NCBI GenBank assembly: GCA_027488755.1
Contig: JAIYAZ010000135.1
Location: 31,382-95,381 of the forward strand
Source: Verrucomicrobiaceae bacterium
Lineage (GTDB): Bacteria; Verrucomicrobiota; Verrucomicrobiia; Chthoniobacterales; JAATET01
Direction of reading: 5' to 3'
Length of the DNA: 64,000 bases
Positions 26,837 through 35,391 of the stretch are shown here, piece after piece; the stretch's first letter is position 1, and every line of letters starts with the position of its first letter. A model generated the notes under the pieces. It was not told the origin of the DNA. It worked only from the letters and a program-made list of their open reading frames with translations, and made no database searches. A program made the position numbers and the translations under genes.

Positions 26837-29098
26837 TTACGGGAAATTGACGCGCACGGGGCGGCCGACCTGGAGTGCGCTGCCCAATTCGCGGCGGAGG
26901 TCCGCGGCGCTGATCTGGATTTGCACGCGCGGGCGCTCGGCCTCGTTGCCGAGGGCGACGGCGCTCGCGCTTTCCGGGCCGGCCTCGGCCGCGGCGGCCC
27001 GCAGGGCGGTGACGACGCCGGTGAGCGGGCGCTCGGCTCCGTCGATGAGGATATCGGCGTTCTGACCGATCTTGAGGCGGGCAAAGACGTCGTCGGAAAC
27101 AAAGGCTTCGACGTAGGGCTGGTCGCTGTTTACGACCGTGCAGAGCACGGAGCCGCGGGCGACTTCGCCGCCGCGGCCGACGCGGATGTCGCGCACGACG
27201 CCGGCGGAGGGGGCGCGCACGGTGGCGCGGGCGGTGCGTTCGAAGAGCGAGCGCTCGGTGTCGACCCGGGTGAGGGCGACTTGGAGTTCGGCCTTAGCGG
27301 TGTCGAGGCGGAGGGCGGCCTCGGCAAGTTTGCCGGCGAGATCCTCGCGTTTTTCCCGGCCGTCGGTCTCGGCGAGGAAGTTGCCGCCGATGACGAGCGG
27401 GGCCCGGGTGCCGGGGGCCTCGGGGAAGGCCTTCGCGCGACCGGCGGCGGGGGCCTCGGGACCGAGGTTCGCGTAGAGGGATTCGAGGTAGCGGCGGGAA
27501 TTTTCGAGCGTGGTGATCTCCTCGCGCTTGGCGACGAGCGCGGCCTCGGCCTCGCGGATGCCGCGGTCGCCGTCGCGGAGGTTTTCGATTTCGAAGAGGG
27601 CGGCGCCTGCGCTGACGGCTTCGCCGGACTGCGCGCTGAGCGTGGTGACGGTGCCGTCGAGCGGGGAGGTAAGGGTGAGGAGCGGGGCGTTGATGACGCC
27701 TTCGATGCTGCGGGGCCAGAGCAGGAAAGGGAGGACGAAGAGCGCGGCGAGCGCGGGCAGCACGGTCGCGGCGATGAGGACGGGGTGGCGGCCGACGATG
27801 GGCGGGAGGGGCAGGGCGCGGAGGCGGTCGCGGAGGACGCGGGCGGGGCTCGGCGGCGCGGGCAGCTCGACGTCGCGGGGCGAGGGGGCGGCGAGCTGGG
27901 TGCGGAGGGTGGCGAGTTCGCGGCCGGCGAGGTCGAGTTCCTCGCGGAGGTGGAGGCGTTCGTCGGCGGCGCGGCGGGCGGCTTCGCGGGAGGCGTCGAG
28001 GTCGGCTTCCAGCGCGGCGTTGCGGGTGCGGAGCAGGGCGAGGTTGTCGCGGAGGGTGACTTCGAGGGCCTGGAGGGTGTCGAGATCGGAGCGGGTGCGC
28101 TCGAGTTCGCGGAGCGTTTGCTGGTGGTCGCTGAGTTCGGCCTGAAGGGCGCGGAGCTGGTGCTCGTTGGCGGCGACGTTGGCGAGGGCGCTGGTGGCGG
28201 ACTGGCGGGCGTCGTCGCGTTCGCGTTCCAGGGCGTCGACGGTGCGGCGGAGGGCGGCGCTTTCGGCGGCTTCGGCGCGGAGGGCTTCGCGGGATTGGGC
28301 GAGATCGGCCTGGGTTTCCTCGCGACGTGTGAGTTCGTCGCGGTGCTCGGCTTCGCGGCGGGCGAGCTGGCGCTGGAGGTCGGCGGCGGTTTCGGCCCGG
28401 GCGGCGGCGTCGTCGCGCTGGGCGGTGAGCTCGCGCATGAGGCCGGCGAGGCGGTCGAGCTCGATGCGTTTGGCGTCGATCTCGGCGGTGAGGGCGCCGA
28501 TACGGGCGACCTCGGCGGCGGTGCGGGTGAGTTCGACGGTGAGGGTTTCCTCCCGGTGGCGGGCGGTGGCGAGTTCGGTCTCGAGTTCGCTCAGGCGGGC
28601 GTGGGAGCGTTCGAGTTCCGACTGCGCGCGGGTGGCGGCGGTCTCGTGCTCGGTGAGCTGGCGGGTGACTTCGTCGAGCCGGGTTTGGAGGGTGGATTCG
28701 GCGGCGACGAGGCGGTCGATGCGTTCCTCGAGTTGCTGTTCGCGCAGACGGGAGGCGGCCTCGCGGTTGCGGGCGGCGATCAATTCCGTGGCGTAGGGGC
28801 CATGGGTGGCCCGGTAAATCCCGGCCTGGGCGGCGGGCGGGGGTTCCAGGTCGGGCGCGGAGAGGGGGACGGCGTCGGCGGAAGCCGGCGGCGCGGGGGG
28901 CGGGGTCGGGTCGGACGGGCTTTCGGTGCGCGCGGCGTGGACCTCTTTTTCCAGGAGGCTGACGGTGGGTTTGTGGCCGAGACGGCGCACGGACTCGAGG
29001 GCGTCCATGAACTCGGTGATGCTGAGCTTCGGACTGCTGACGGGGGCGGGACGCGGGGACGAACGGATGCCTTCGGGAAGGGGCGAAGAGGATTTCAT
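26837..29098 (-). CDS. HlyD-like periplasmic adaptor with a long N-terminal coiled coil
   Basis: Long A/E/L/R heptad-rich region, one TM (LIAATVLPALAALFVLPFLLW), lipoyl-like half motifs LTSPLDGTV and VRAPSAGVV; ATG at 29098. Confidence 0.75.
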   Translation of the reverse strand: MKSSSPLPEGIRSSPRPAPVSSPKLSITEFMDALESVRRLGHKPTVSLLEKEVHAARTESPSDPTPPPAPPASADAVPLSAPDLEPPPAAQAGIYRATHGPYATELIAARNREAASRLREQQLEERIDRLVAAESTLQTRLDEVTRQLTEHETAATRAQSELERSHARLSELETELATARHREETLTVELTRTAAEVARIGALTAEIDAKRIELDRLAGLMRELTAQRDDAAARAETAADLQRQLARREAEHRDELTRREETQADLAQSREALRAEAAESAALRRTVDALERERDDARQSATSALANVAANEHQLRALQAELSDHQQTLRELERTRSDLDTLQALEVTLRDNLALLRTRNAALEADLDASREAARRAADERLHLREELDLAGRELATLRTQLAAPSPRDVELPAPPSPARVLRDRLRALPLPPIVGRHPVLIAATVLPALAALFVLPFLLWPRSIEGVINAPLLTLTSPLDGTVTTLSAQSGEAVSAGAALFEIENLRDGDRGIREAEAALVAKREEITTLENSRRYLESLYANLGPEAPAAGRAKAFPEAPGTRAPLVIGGNFLAETDGREKREDLAGKLAEAALRLDTAKAELQVALTRVDTERSLFERTARATVRAPSAGVVRDIRVGRGGEVARGSVLCTVVNSDQPYVEAFVSDDVFARLKIGQNADILIDGAERPLTGVVTALRAAAAEAGPESASAVALGNEAERPRVQIQISAADLRRELGSALQVGRPVRVNFP

Positions 29099-29180
29099 GA
29101 AAGCACCGTTGTGTCTTTCATGTGGCAAAAAAGCGACAGACGCAAGGGGAAGTTTTCGCCTTGCGAGAATTTTTTGGGGC

Positions 29181-29213
29181 AAAAAGCGTCGGGCCGGCGC
29201 GTGGGCCGGCCCG
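29181..29213 (-). terminator. Putative intrinsic terminator downstream of the glutaredoxin gene
   Basis: Stem CGGGCCGGC/GCCGGCCCG, 6-nt loop, then ACGCTTTTT on the minus strand. Confidence 0.55.
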
Positions 29214-29261
29214 GATCGGGTTGCAGGCGGCCTTTGGAGAGGTCGCCGGAAAGGGGTGGGA

Positions 29262-29600
29262 TTAGAGCTTCATGCGCACGGCCATTGCGGCGTGCTCTTC
29301 GTCGGTGCAGGCGGCATTGAGTGGGACGTTGGTGGTTTTGTCGGTGTTGCCGACGAGGCTCTGGGAGAGCATCCACTGTTCGAGCTCCTCGCCGCTGATG
29401 TCGGCGAGCATGGTGCCGTTGACCTCCACGCAGGGGGAAAGGGGCTGGCCGCTGCGCTGTTCCATTTCCCAACGGAAGGCGGGGTTTTTGATGATGTCCT
29501 TCTCCTCGTAGGGCAGGTCGTATTTCGCGAGCACGGCGCGCACGCCATTGCTCCAGCCGCATTGAGTCTTGAGGTAGGCGGTGATCGTGGGCTTGGACAT
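29262..29600 (-). CDS. Glutaredoxin family protein (CGWS monothiol-type motif)
   Basis: YLKTQCGWSNGV, SGQPLSPCVEVNG; ATG at 29600. Confidence 0.85.
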   Translation of the reverse strand: MSKPTITAYLKTQCGWSNGVRAVLAKYDLPYEEKDIIKNPAFRWEMEQRSGQPLSPCVEVNGTMLADISGEELEQWMLSQSLVGNTDKTTNVPLNAACTDEEHAAMAVRMKL

Positions 29601-29652
29601 AAGGGGGATATTAGCACAGGGGCGGACGGGGGGCCAAAGGGGATTTTGCCCC

Positions 29653-29687
29653 AAAAAGAAAGCGCCGGCGGTTTCCCGCCGGCGCTT
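29653..29687 (-). terminator. Intrinsic terminator of rpsA
   Basis: Perfect 12-bp stem AAGCGCCGGCGG/CCGCCGGCGCTT, 4-nt loop, U-rich tail on the minus strand, 27 nt after the rpsA stop. Confidence 0.85.
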
Positions 29688-29714
29688 CGTGAGAGGTTGG
29701 AAGGAGGAGAAGGG

Positions 29715-31409
29715 TTACTTCTTCTTCTTGCTTTCGCCGGGGCGGTATTCCTCCTGGGCGAACTGGAAGGCCTGCGCGAGGCCGACCATGTCTTCGCCGG
29801 GTCGAACGCTGTTCTCGAAGGCTTCGCTTTCCTTCTTGAGGTCTTCCATGGAGTAGTTCGCGGCCTTGATCGAGAGACCGATGCGGCGCTCGGCCTTGTC
29901 GATCTTGATGACGCGGGCTTCGACTTCCTGGCCGACCTTGAGGGCGTCCTTGACCTTCTCGACGTGGTCTTCGCTGATCTGCGAGATGTGGACGAGGCCG
30001 TCGATTTCGCCGTCGAGCTGGATGAAGGCGCCGAAGTTGGCGAGCTTGCTGACCTGGCCCTTGACGAGGTCGCCGATTTTGAAGCGGGTTTCGATGTCCT
30101 TCCAGGGGTCGTTCTCGAGCTGCTTGACGCCGAGGCTGATGCGCTGGTTGGCCTTGTCGATGTCGATAACCACGGCTTCGACGTCGTCGCCCTTCTTGAG
30201 CATTTCGCTCGGGTGGTTGATCTTGCGGGTCCAGCTCAGGTCGGAGACGTGGACCATGCCGTCGATGCCTTCTTCGAGTTCGACGAAGGCGCCGTAGGCG
30301 GTCATGTTGCGGACCTTGCCGCTGACCTGCTTGCCGATCATGTAGCGCTGCTCGATCTCATCCCACGGATTGGCTTCGAGCTGGCGGACGCCGAGCGAGA
30401 TTTTCTGCTCGTCCTTGTTGACGCCGAGAACCACGGCTTCGATTTCCTGGCCGAGGGTGAGGACGTCGGACGGGCGGGCGATGCGCTTGGTCCAGCTGAG
30501 TTCGGAGACGTGGATGAGGCCTTCGACGCCGCGCTCGATTTCGACGAACGCGCCGTAGGGCATGAGGTTCGTGACCTTGCCGCGGACGGTCTGGCCGACG
30601 GGGAAGCGCTCCTCGATCTTGTCCCACGGGTTGTCCTGCATCTGCTTGAGGCCGAGGGAGACGCGCTCCTTGTCCTTGTTGATGTCGAGGATGACGACGT
30701 CGAGCTGGTCGCCGATTTTGACCATTTCGCTCGGGTGATTGAGGCGGGCCCACGACATGTCGGTGATGTGGAGGAGGCCGTCGATGCCGTCGAGATCGAT
30801 GAAGGCACCGAAGTCGGTGATGTTCTTCACGGCGCCGGAGACCTTGTCGCCGATCTTGACGCTGCCGAGGAAGGACGAGCGCTTCGCGGCGCGTTCGGCT
30901 TCGATGATTTCGCGGCGGCTGAGGACGACGTTTTTGCGGTCGTCGTTGATCTTTACGATCTTGAAGTCGTAGGTGTTGCCGACGAACTGGGTGAGGTCGC
31001 GCGGCGGGATGATGTCGATCTGCGAGGCGGGCAGGAAGGATTCGACGCCGACGTTGACGGTGAGGCCGCCCTTGACCACGGCTTTGACCTTGCCCTTGAT
31101 GAGGCCGCCTTCCTTGAACACGGCGACGATTTTCTCCCAGTTCTGGCGCTGGGCGGCCTTTTCCTTCGAGAGGACGACCATGCCCTCGTCGTTTTCGAGG
31201 CGGACGAGGAGGACTTCGACTTCGTCGCCGACTTCGACTTCCTCGGGATCTTCAAACTCGTCGGCGCGGACGACGCCTTCGGATTTGTAACCGATATCGA
31301 TGAGAAATTCGCGGGAACGGATTTCGAGGACATGTCCCTTGACGATGCTGCCCTCGCGGTAGTTTTTCGTGGATTTGGCGAGGAGTTCCGCCAGATTGGC
31401 TTCGGCCAT
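29715..31409 (-). CDS. rpsA: 30S ribosomal protein S1
   Basis: IDIGYKSEG, FLPASQID, six S1 repeats (TDFGAFIDL, GLLHITDMSW, RISLGVKQL). Confidence 0.98.
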   Translation of the reverse strand: MAEANLAELLAKSTKNYREGSIVKGHVLEIRSREFLIDIGYKSEGVVRADEFEDPEEVEVGDEVEVLLVRLENDEGMVVLSKEKAAQRQNWEKIVAVFKEGGLIKGKVKAVVKGGLTVNVGVESFLPASQIDIIPPRDLTQFVGNTYDFKIVKINDDRKNVVLSRREIIEAERAAKRSSFLGSVKIGDKVSGAVKNITDFGAFIDLDGIDGLLHITDMSWARLNHPSEMVKIGDQLDVVILDINKDKERVSLGLKQMQDNPWDKIEERFPVGQTVRGKVTNLMPYGAFVEIERGVEGLIHVSELSWTKRIARPSDVLTLGQEIEAVVLGVNKDEQKISLGVRQLEANPWDEIEQRYMIGKQVSGKVRNMTAYGAFVELEEGIDGMVHVSDLSWTRKINHPSEMLKKGDDVEAVVIDIDKANQRISLGVKQLENDPWKDIETRFKIGDLVKGQVSKLANFGAFIQLDGEIDGLVHISQISEDHVEKVKDALKVGQEVEARVIKIDKAERRIGLSIKAANYSMEDLKKESEAFENSVRPGEDMVGLAQAFQFAQEEYRPGESKKKK

Positions 31410-31512
31410 AAAGGTGGCTTTGGTTGGTTGAGGTTTAGGTTCGATGCCGCACGACCTTGTCAGGAAGCCACCCGGCACTCGGCGGGGTGGAGGTTGCGGT
31501 AAAGAGTTTGGC

Positions 31513-31540
31513 AGAATACAAACTGTCCGGGGGCTGGCAA
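31513..31540 (-). promoter_or_regulatory. Putative rpsA promoter
   Basis: TTGCCA-N16-TATTCT on the minus strand, about 100 nt upstream of the ATG. Confidence 0.45.
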
Positions 31541-31563
31541 GGACTTTGTTGCCCGCGGGGCGG

Positions 31564-31917
31564 TCACGCAAGGTAGGTGTCGGCGTGGTCGTAGGGCGGG
31601 GCGCAGCAGCAGAGAAACACGAGATCGGTCGTGGCGGTGATCTCGTGCCACGCGCCGGGCGGAATGAGAATGGCGTCTCCGGGGCCGACCGGTCGGGTCG
31701 CGCCGTCGATCTCCATGGTGCCGGTTCCTTCGAGGAGAAAGTAGATTTCCTCGGCAAGCCGGTGGTAGTGCCGCTGCGTCGCGGTGCCGGCGGGCACGCG
31801 GGCCTCGGCGAGGCTTTGGTTCTGCACGGGGGCGTTGGTGCGGTCGAGGAGGCTGCGGATGGTCGAGCCGTCCTTGGTGGTAAAGGGTTTTTGGCTGGAA
31901 AGGTTCTGGATGGTCAT
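31564..31917 (-). CDS. Cupin domain protein
   Basis: HYHRLAEEIYFLLEGTG and PGDAILIPPGAWHEI; alternative ATG at 31923. Confidence 0.88.
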   Translation of the reverse strand: MTIQNLSSQKPFTTKDGSTIRSLLDRTNAPVQNQSLAEARVPAGTATQRHYHRLAEEIYFLLEGTGTMEIDGATRPVGPGDAILIPPGAWHEITATTDLVFLCCCAPPYDHADTYLA

Positions 31918-31932
31918 GGACATTGCCGACCT

Positions 31933-32745
31933 ATGAAATTTTTCGCGGGTTGCACAGCGCTGATCACCGGGGCCTCTTCCGGGCTGGGGGCGGAGTTTGC
32001 CCGCCAGCTCGCCCCGCAGGCGCAGTCGCTTGTGCTGGTGGCCCGTCGGCACGACCGCCTTGAGGCCCTCCGGGCCGAGCTCTCCGGGGCCTATCCCGGT
32101 CTGGCCGTATTTACCTACGTCCTTGATCTCGCGGATGCCGAGGCGCGTCTGGGCTTCGTGCGTTGGCTCAACGAGCAGGGCATCGTCGTGGATTTTCTCG
32201 TGAACAACGCGGGCCTTGGTGACCACGGCCCGTTTGAAAGCAGTGAGTGGGACCGGGTGCGCGCCATGCTCGACGTGAACGTTGCGGCCCTCACCCACCT
32301 CACGCACGCGCTCCTGCCCATGCTGCACGGGGCGGGCCGCGCGGCCATTCTCAACGTGAGCTCGGTCGCCAGCTTTTTCCCGCTGCCGAATCTGGCCGTC
32401 TACGCGGCGACGAAGGCCTACGTGACGAGTTTCTCCGAGGCGCTGCGCATGGAACTGCGCGACACGGGCGTCTCGGTCACGGCGTTGTGCCCGGGGCCGG
32501 TGCACACCGAGTTTTTTGACGTGGCCACCCGGCCCGGCGATGAGGGCAATGCCGCGCACTACGAGACCATGCCCGCGTTTCGGGTGACCCCCGAAGAGGC
32601 GGTGGCCGAGGGATTGGCCGCGGTGGCGAGGGATCGCGCCCGGGTGATTCCGGGCCCGCTCCTGGCGGCCGCGGTGGCCGTGGCGGCGCTGGTGCCTTTT
32701 TTTTTGGTTCGACAGATTCTTCAGGCCAGTCGCGCGCGTATCTAA
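31933..32745 (+). CDS. Short-chain dehydrogenase/reductase (DltE-like)
   Basis: TGASSGLG, LVNNAG, NVSS, YAATK, CPGPVHTEF. Confidence 0.93.
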   Translation: MKFFAGCTALITGASSGLGAEFARQLAPQAQSLVLVARRHDRLEALRAELSGAYPGLAVFTYVLDLADAEARLGFVRWLNEQGIVVDFLVNNAGLGDHGPFESSEWDRVRAMLDVNVAALTHLTHALLPMLHGAGRAAILNVSSVASFFPLPNLAVYAATKAYVTSFSEALRMELRDTGVSVTALCPGPVHTEFFDVATRPGDEGNAAHYETMPAFRVTPEEAVAEGLAAVARDRARVIPGPLLAAAVAVAALVPFFLVRQILQASRARI

Positions 32746-32787
32746 GATATCAAACCGCTCGAACACTCCAACTTTGACCATTCTCTG

Positions 32788-33813
32788 GTGAAAAACCTTC
32801 CCAAGCTTCGCAACCTTGCCAGCGGCCTCGAGGCCGGGGTGACGTTCAAGCAGACCTTCGACCTCATCAACCCGCATCTCTACAGCGTGGAGGAGCGCAT
32901 CCGCCAGCAGGCGCGGGCGTTCGATCCGGCGGTGGAGGGCTACGTGGCCTACGCGGTGAATTCCGGCGGCAAACGGCTGCGGCCGGCGCTGGCCCTGCTC
33001 GCGGGCGGTGCCACGGGGAAGATCACCACGGGGCATGTCGACGTGGCGGTCATTCTGGAGCTCATCCACGTCGCCACCCTCGTCCACGACGACATCATGG
33101 ACGGCGCGGAAACCCGCCGCGACCAGCCCACGGCCAACGCGAAGTGGGGCAACTCCCTCAGCGTGCTGCTGGGCGACTGCCTCTTCGCCCACGCGCTGCG
33201 GCTTTCCACGAATTTTTCGAACAACGAGATTTGCCGCATCGTCTCCGAGGCCTCCGCGGAGGTTTGCTCGGGCGAGATCATCCAGACCCAGCGTCGCTTC
33301 GACCTCAATCTCTCGCTGCCGGACTACTACAAGATCATCGAGATGAAGACGGCGGCCCTTTTTGCGGCGGCCTGCGAGCTCGGCGCCTTCATCAGCGAGG
33401 CCAGCCCGGAGATCATCAGCGCGCTGAAAACCTTCGGCTCCCGCCTGGGGGTGGCCTACCAGATTTACGACGACATTCTCGACATCGCGGGTGACGAGGA
33501 GGAGGTCGGCAAAACCCTCGGCACCGACCTGGAAAAGGGCAAGCTCACCCTGCCCGTGCTGCTGCTCCTGCAGTCCTCCGACGAGGCCGCCCGCACGCGG
33601 GCCCGCGAGCTCATTCTCAACGAAAACCACTCCGGCCACGAGGAGTTCGCCGCCCTGCTCAAGTCCAGCGGCGCGATGCGGGCCGCGGTGGAAACCGCCC
33701 GTCGCATGGCTCGCGAAGCCCGCGAAGTCCTGAATCCGGTGCCGGCGAACAAATACCGCAACGGCCTCGTCGCCATCGCGGCGCATCTCGAAACGCTGCT
33801 CAGCAAATTCTAG
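32788..33813 (+). CDS. Polyprenyl diphosphate synthase (IspB/HepT-like)
   Basis: GGKRLRP, VHDDIMD..RR, MKTA, QIYDDILD, GTDLEKGKLTLP. Confidence 0.93.
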   Translation: MKNLPKLRNLASGLEAGVTFKQTFDLINPHLYSVEERIRQQARAFDPAVEGYVAYAVNSGGKRLRPALALLAGGATGKITTGHVDVAVILELIHVATLVHDDIMDGAETRRDQPTANAKWGNSLSVLLGDCLFAHALRLSTNFSNNEICRIVSEASAEVCSGEIIQTQRRFDLNLSLPDYYKIIEMKTAALFAAACELGAFISEASPEIISALKTFGSRLGVAYQIYDDILDIAGDEEEVGKTLGTDLEKGKLTLPVLLLLQSSDEAARTRARELILNENHSGHEEFAALLKSSGAMRAAVETARRMAREAREVLNPVPANKYRNGLVAIAAHLETLLSKF

Positions 33814-33858
33814 GCACGCGGGGTTTCGCCCGCGGCCCGGAGGGGGTAGCGTGTTTGC

Positions 33859-34812
33859 GTGAGGATGCTTTTCGCCCGCCTGCCGGCCGTCGTCGCGGGG
33901 CTTCTTTTCCCCGGCGTGGCCCTGGCGGCGCCGTGGCTTTATCAATTGCAGAATCCCGAGCCCGCGCAGGTGGCCGCCTCGGGGTTTCGGGCGGCGGTGC
34001 TGGATTATTCGCGCGACGGCACGGAGGCCGGTCGGCTCCCGGCGGAGGGCGTGCGGGGTTTGGCGCAGGCGGGGATTCGCCCCCTGGCGTATCTCTCGAT
34101 CGGCGAGGCGGAGAATTACCGCTTTTACTGGCGCACCGCGTGGGAGCAGCAGCCGCCGGCCTGGCTGGGACGAACGAATCCCGACTGGGCGGGGAATTTT
34201 AAGGTGCGCTACTGGGATGCCGCCTGGCGAACGACCGTGCTGCGGCCTTATCTACGCCGCATTGTCGCACAGGGGTTCCGGGGCGTTTACCTCGATATCA
34301 TCGACGCCTTTGAATACTGGGCCGACCCCGCCAGCTATGGTCCCGGGCGAGAGACGTATCGGGCCGGGGATCCCCGCGGCGACCGCGCGGAGGCCGCACG
34401 GCGCATGGTCGACCTCGTGCGGTGGATTGCCCGGGAGACGCGGGCAACGGCCGGGCAGCACTTTTGGATCGTCCCGCAGAACGGCGAGGAAATCCTACGC
34501 TTTGACGCCGCCGGTCGGTATCGGCGCGTGATCAACGGGCTCGGCGTGGAGGATCTGTTTTTTAACGAAACCCGGCGGAAGTCCGCGGCGGAAACCTCCT
34601 ATCGGCTCGGCCTCCTCCGACCCCTGCGGGCGGCGGGCAAACGTATCCTTTGCGTGGACTACGTGGATACGGGGGACCGCAGTGATCCGGCCAACGCGGC
34701 GCGCATCCGGGAGTTTGTGCGGCGCTGCGACGCGGAGGGCTTCGATTTCTACGCCGGCCGGAGTGACCGGGCGCTGGATCGCATCAATGCCATCCCCGGG
34801 GTGCAGCCGTAG
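33859..34812 (+). CDS. MJ1477/TM1410 (GH114-like) putative glycoside hydrolase, exported
   Basis: LAYLSIGEAENYRFYW, NPDWAGNFKVRYW, GFRGVYLDIIDAF, PQNG, GVEDL. Confidence 0.85.
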   Translation: MRMLFARLPAVVAGLLFPGVALAAPWLYQLQNPEPAQVAASGFRAAVLDYSRDGTEAGRLPAEGVRGLAQAGIRPLAYLSIGEAENYRFYWRTAWEQQPPAWLGRTNPDWAGNFKVRYWDAAWRTTVLRPYLRRIVAQGFRGVYLDIIDAFEYWADPASYGPGRETYRAGDPRGDRAEAARRMVDLVRWIARETRATAGQHFWIVPQNGEEILRFDAAGRYRRVINGLGVEDLFFNETRRKSAAETSYRLGLLRPLRAAGKRILCVDYVDTGDRSDPANAARIREFVRRCDAEGFDFYAGRSDRALDRINAIPGVQP

Positions 34813-34821
34813 GGCGCGCGC

Positions 34822-35052
34822 TTACTCGAGGATCTCGAGGGCAATGTGCTGGCCCTTTTTCTGGGCGGAGGCGTGCATCAACGTGCGCAGCGCTTGGATG
34901 GTGTGACCGCCCTTGCCGATGATTTTCGGGAGGTCGGATTTGCGGGCCGCGAGGAGGAAAACGGTTTTGTCGCCCTCCTCCTTGCGCGTGACCACGATCT
35001 CGTCGGGGTATTCGACGAGCTTCCCAACGACGTAGTGAAGAAATTCCTCCAC
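34822..35052 (-). CDS. khpA: KH-domain RNA-binding protein KhpA
   Basis: DLPKIIGKGGHTIQALRTL; immediately downstream of rpsP; GTG start. Confidence 0.9.
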   Translation of the reverse strand: MEEFLHYVVGKLVEYPDEIVVTRKEEGDKTVFLLAARKSDLPKIIGKGGHTIQALRTLMHASAQKKGQHIALEILE

Positions 35053-35072
35053 GGGTCGAGGGGCGGGGCGCC

Positions 35073-35330
35073 TTAAGCGGCGACCTCGGCCTTTTTGCGG
35101 GCCTTGGTGATGATGCTGCCGACGGTCTGCGAAGGGCGGGCGCCGACGCCGACCCAGTAGTTCGCGCGGTCGAGCTCGAGCGAGAAGTTCTCGCCTTCCT
35201 TCTTCGGATCGTAGGTGCCGATGATCTCGATGAAACGTCCGTCGCGCGGCATGCGCTGATCGGCCACCACGATCTTGTAATACGGGTGGTTGCGGGCGCC
35301 TTCGCGCTTGAGTCGGATTGCTACGGCCAT
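35073..35330 (-). CDS. rpsP: 30S ribosomal protein S16
   Basis: MAVAIRLKREG..PYYKIVVAD..RDGRFIEIIGTYDP..GARPSQTV. Confidence 0.98.
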   Translation of the reverse strand: MAVAIRLKREGARNHPYYKIVVADQRMPRDGRFIEIIGTYDPKKEGENFSLELDRANYWVGVGARPSQTVGSIITKARKKAEVAA

Positions 35331-35337
35331 TGTGCTG

Positions 35338-35365
35338 GTTGAGAGTTTGGAGTTGAGAGTTGAGA
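35338..35365. repeat. Heptamer tandem repeat x4 (GTTGAGA consensus)
   Basis: GTTGAGA GTTTGGA GTTGAGA GTTGAGA between ffh and rpsP. Confidence 0.8.
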
Positions 35366-35391
35366 GGAAAATGGGTGACCGCGTCGAGCGG

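Noticed and set aside
29141-29165. Hairpin CGCAAGG-N11-CCTTGCG upstream of the HlyD-like gene as a c-di-GMP riboswitch
   Set aside because: It lacks the two-stem GEMM architecture; it could be an operator, but there is no further support.
26921-31502. Long plus-strand ORFs 26921..29320 and 28926..31502
   Set aside because: Antisense to the HlyD-like gene and rpsA, with no recognisable motifs.
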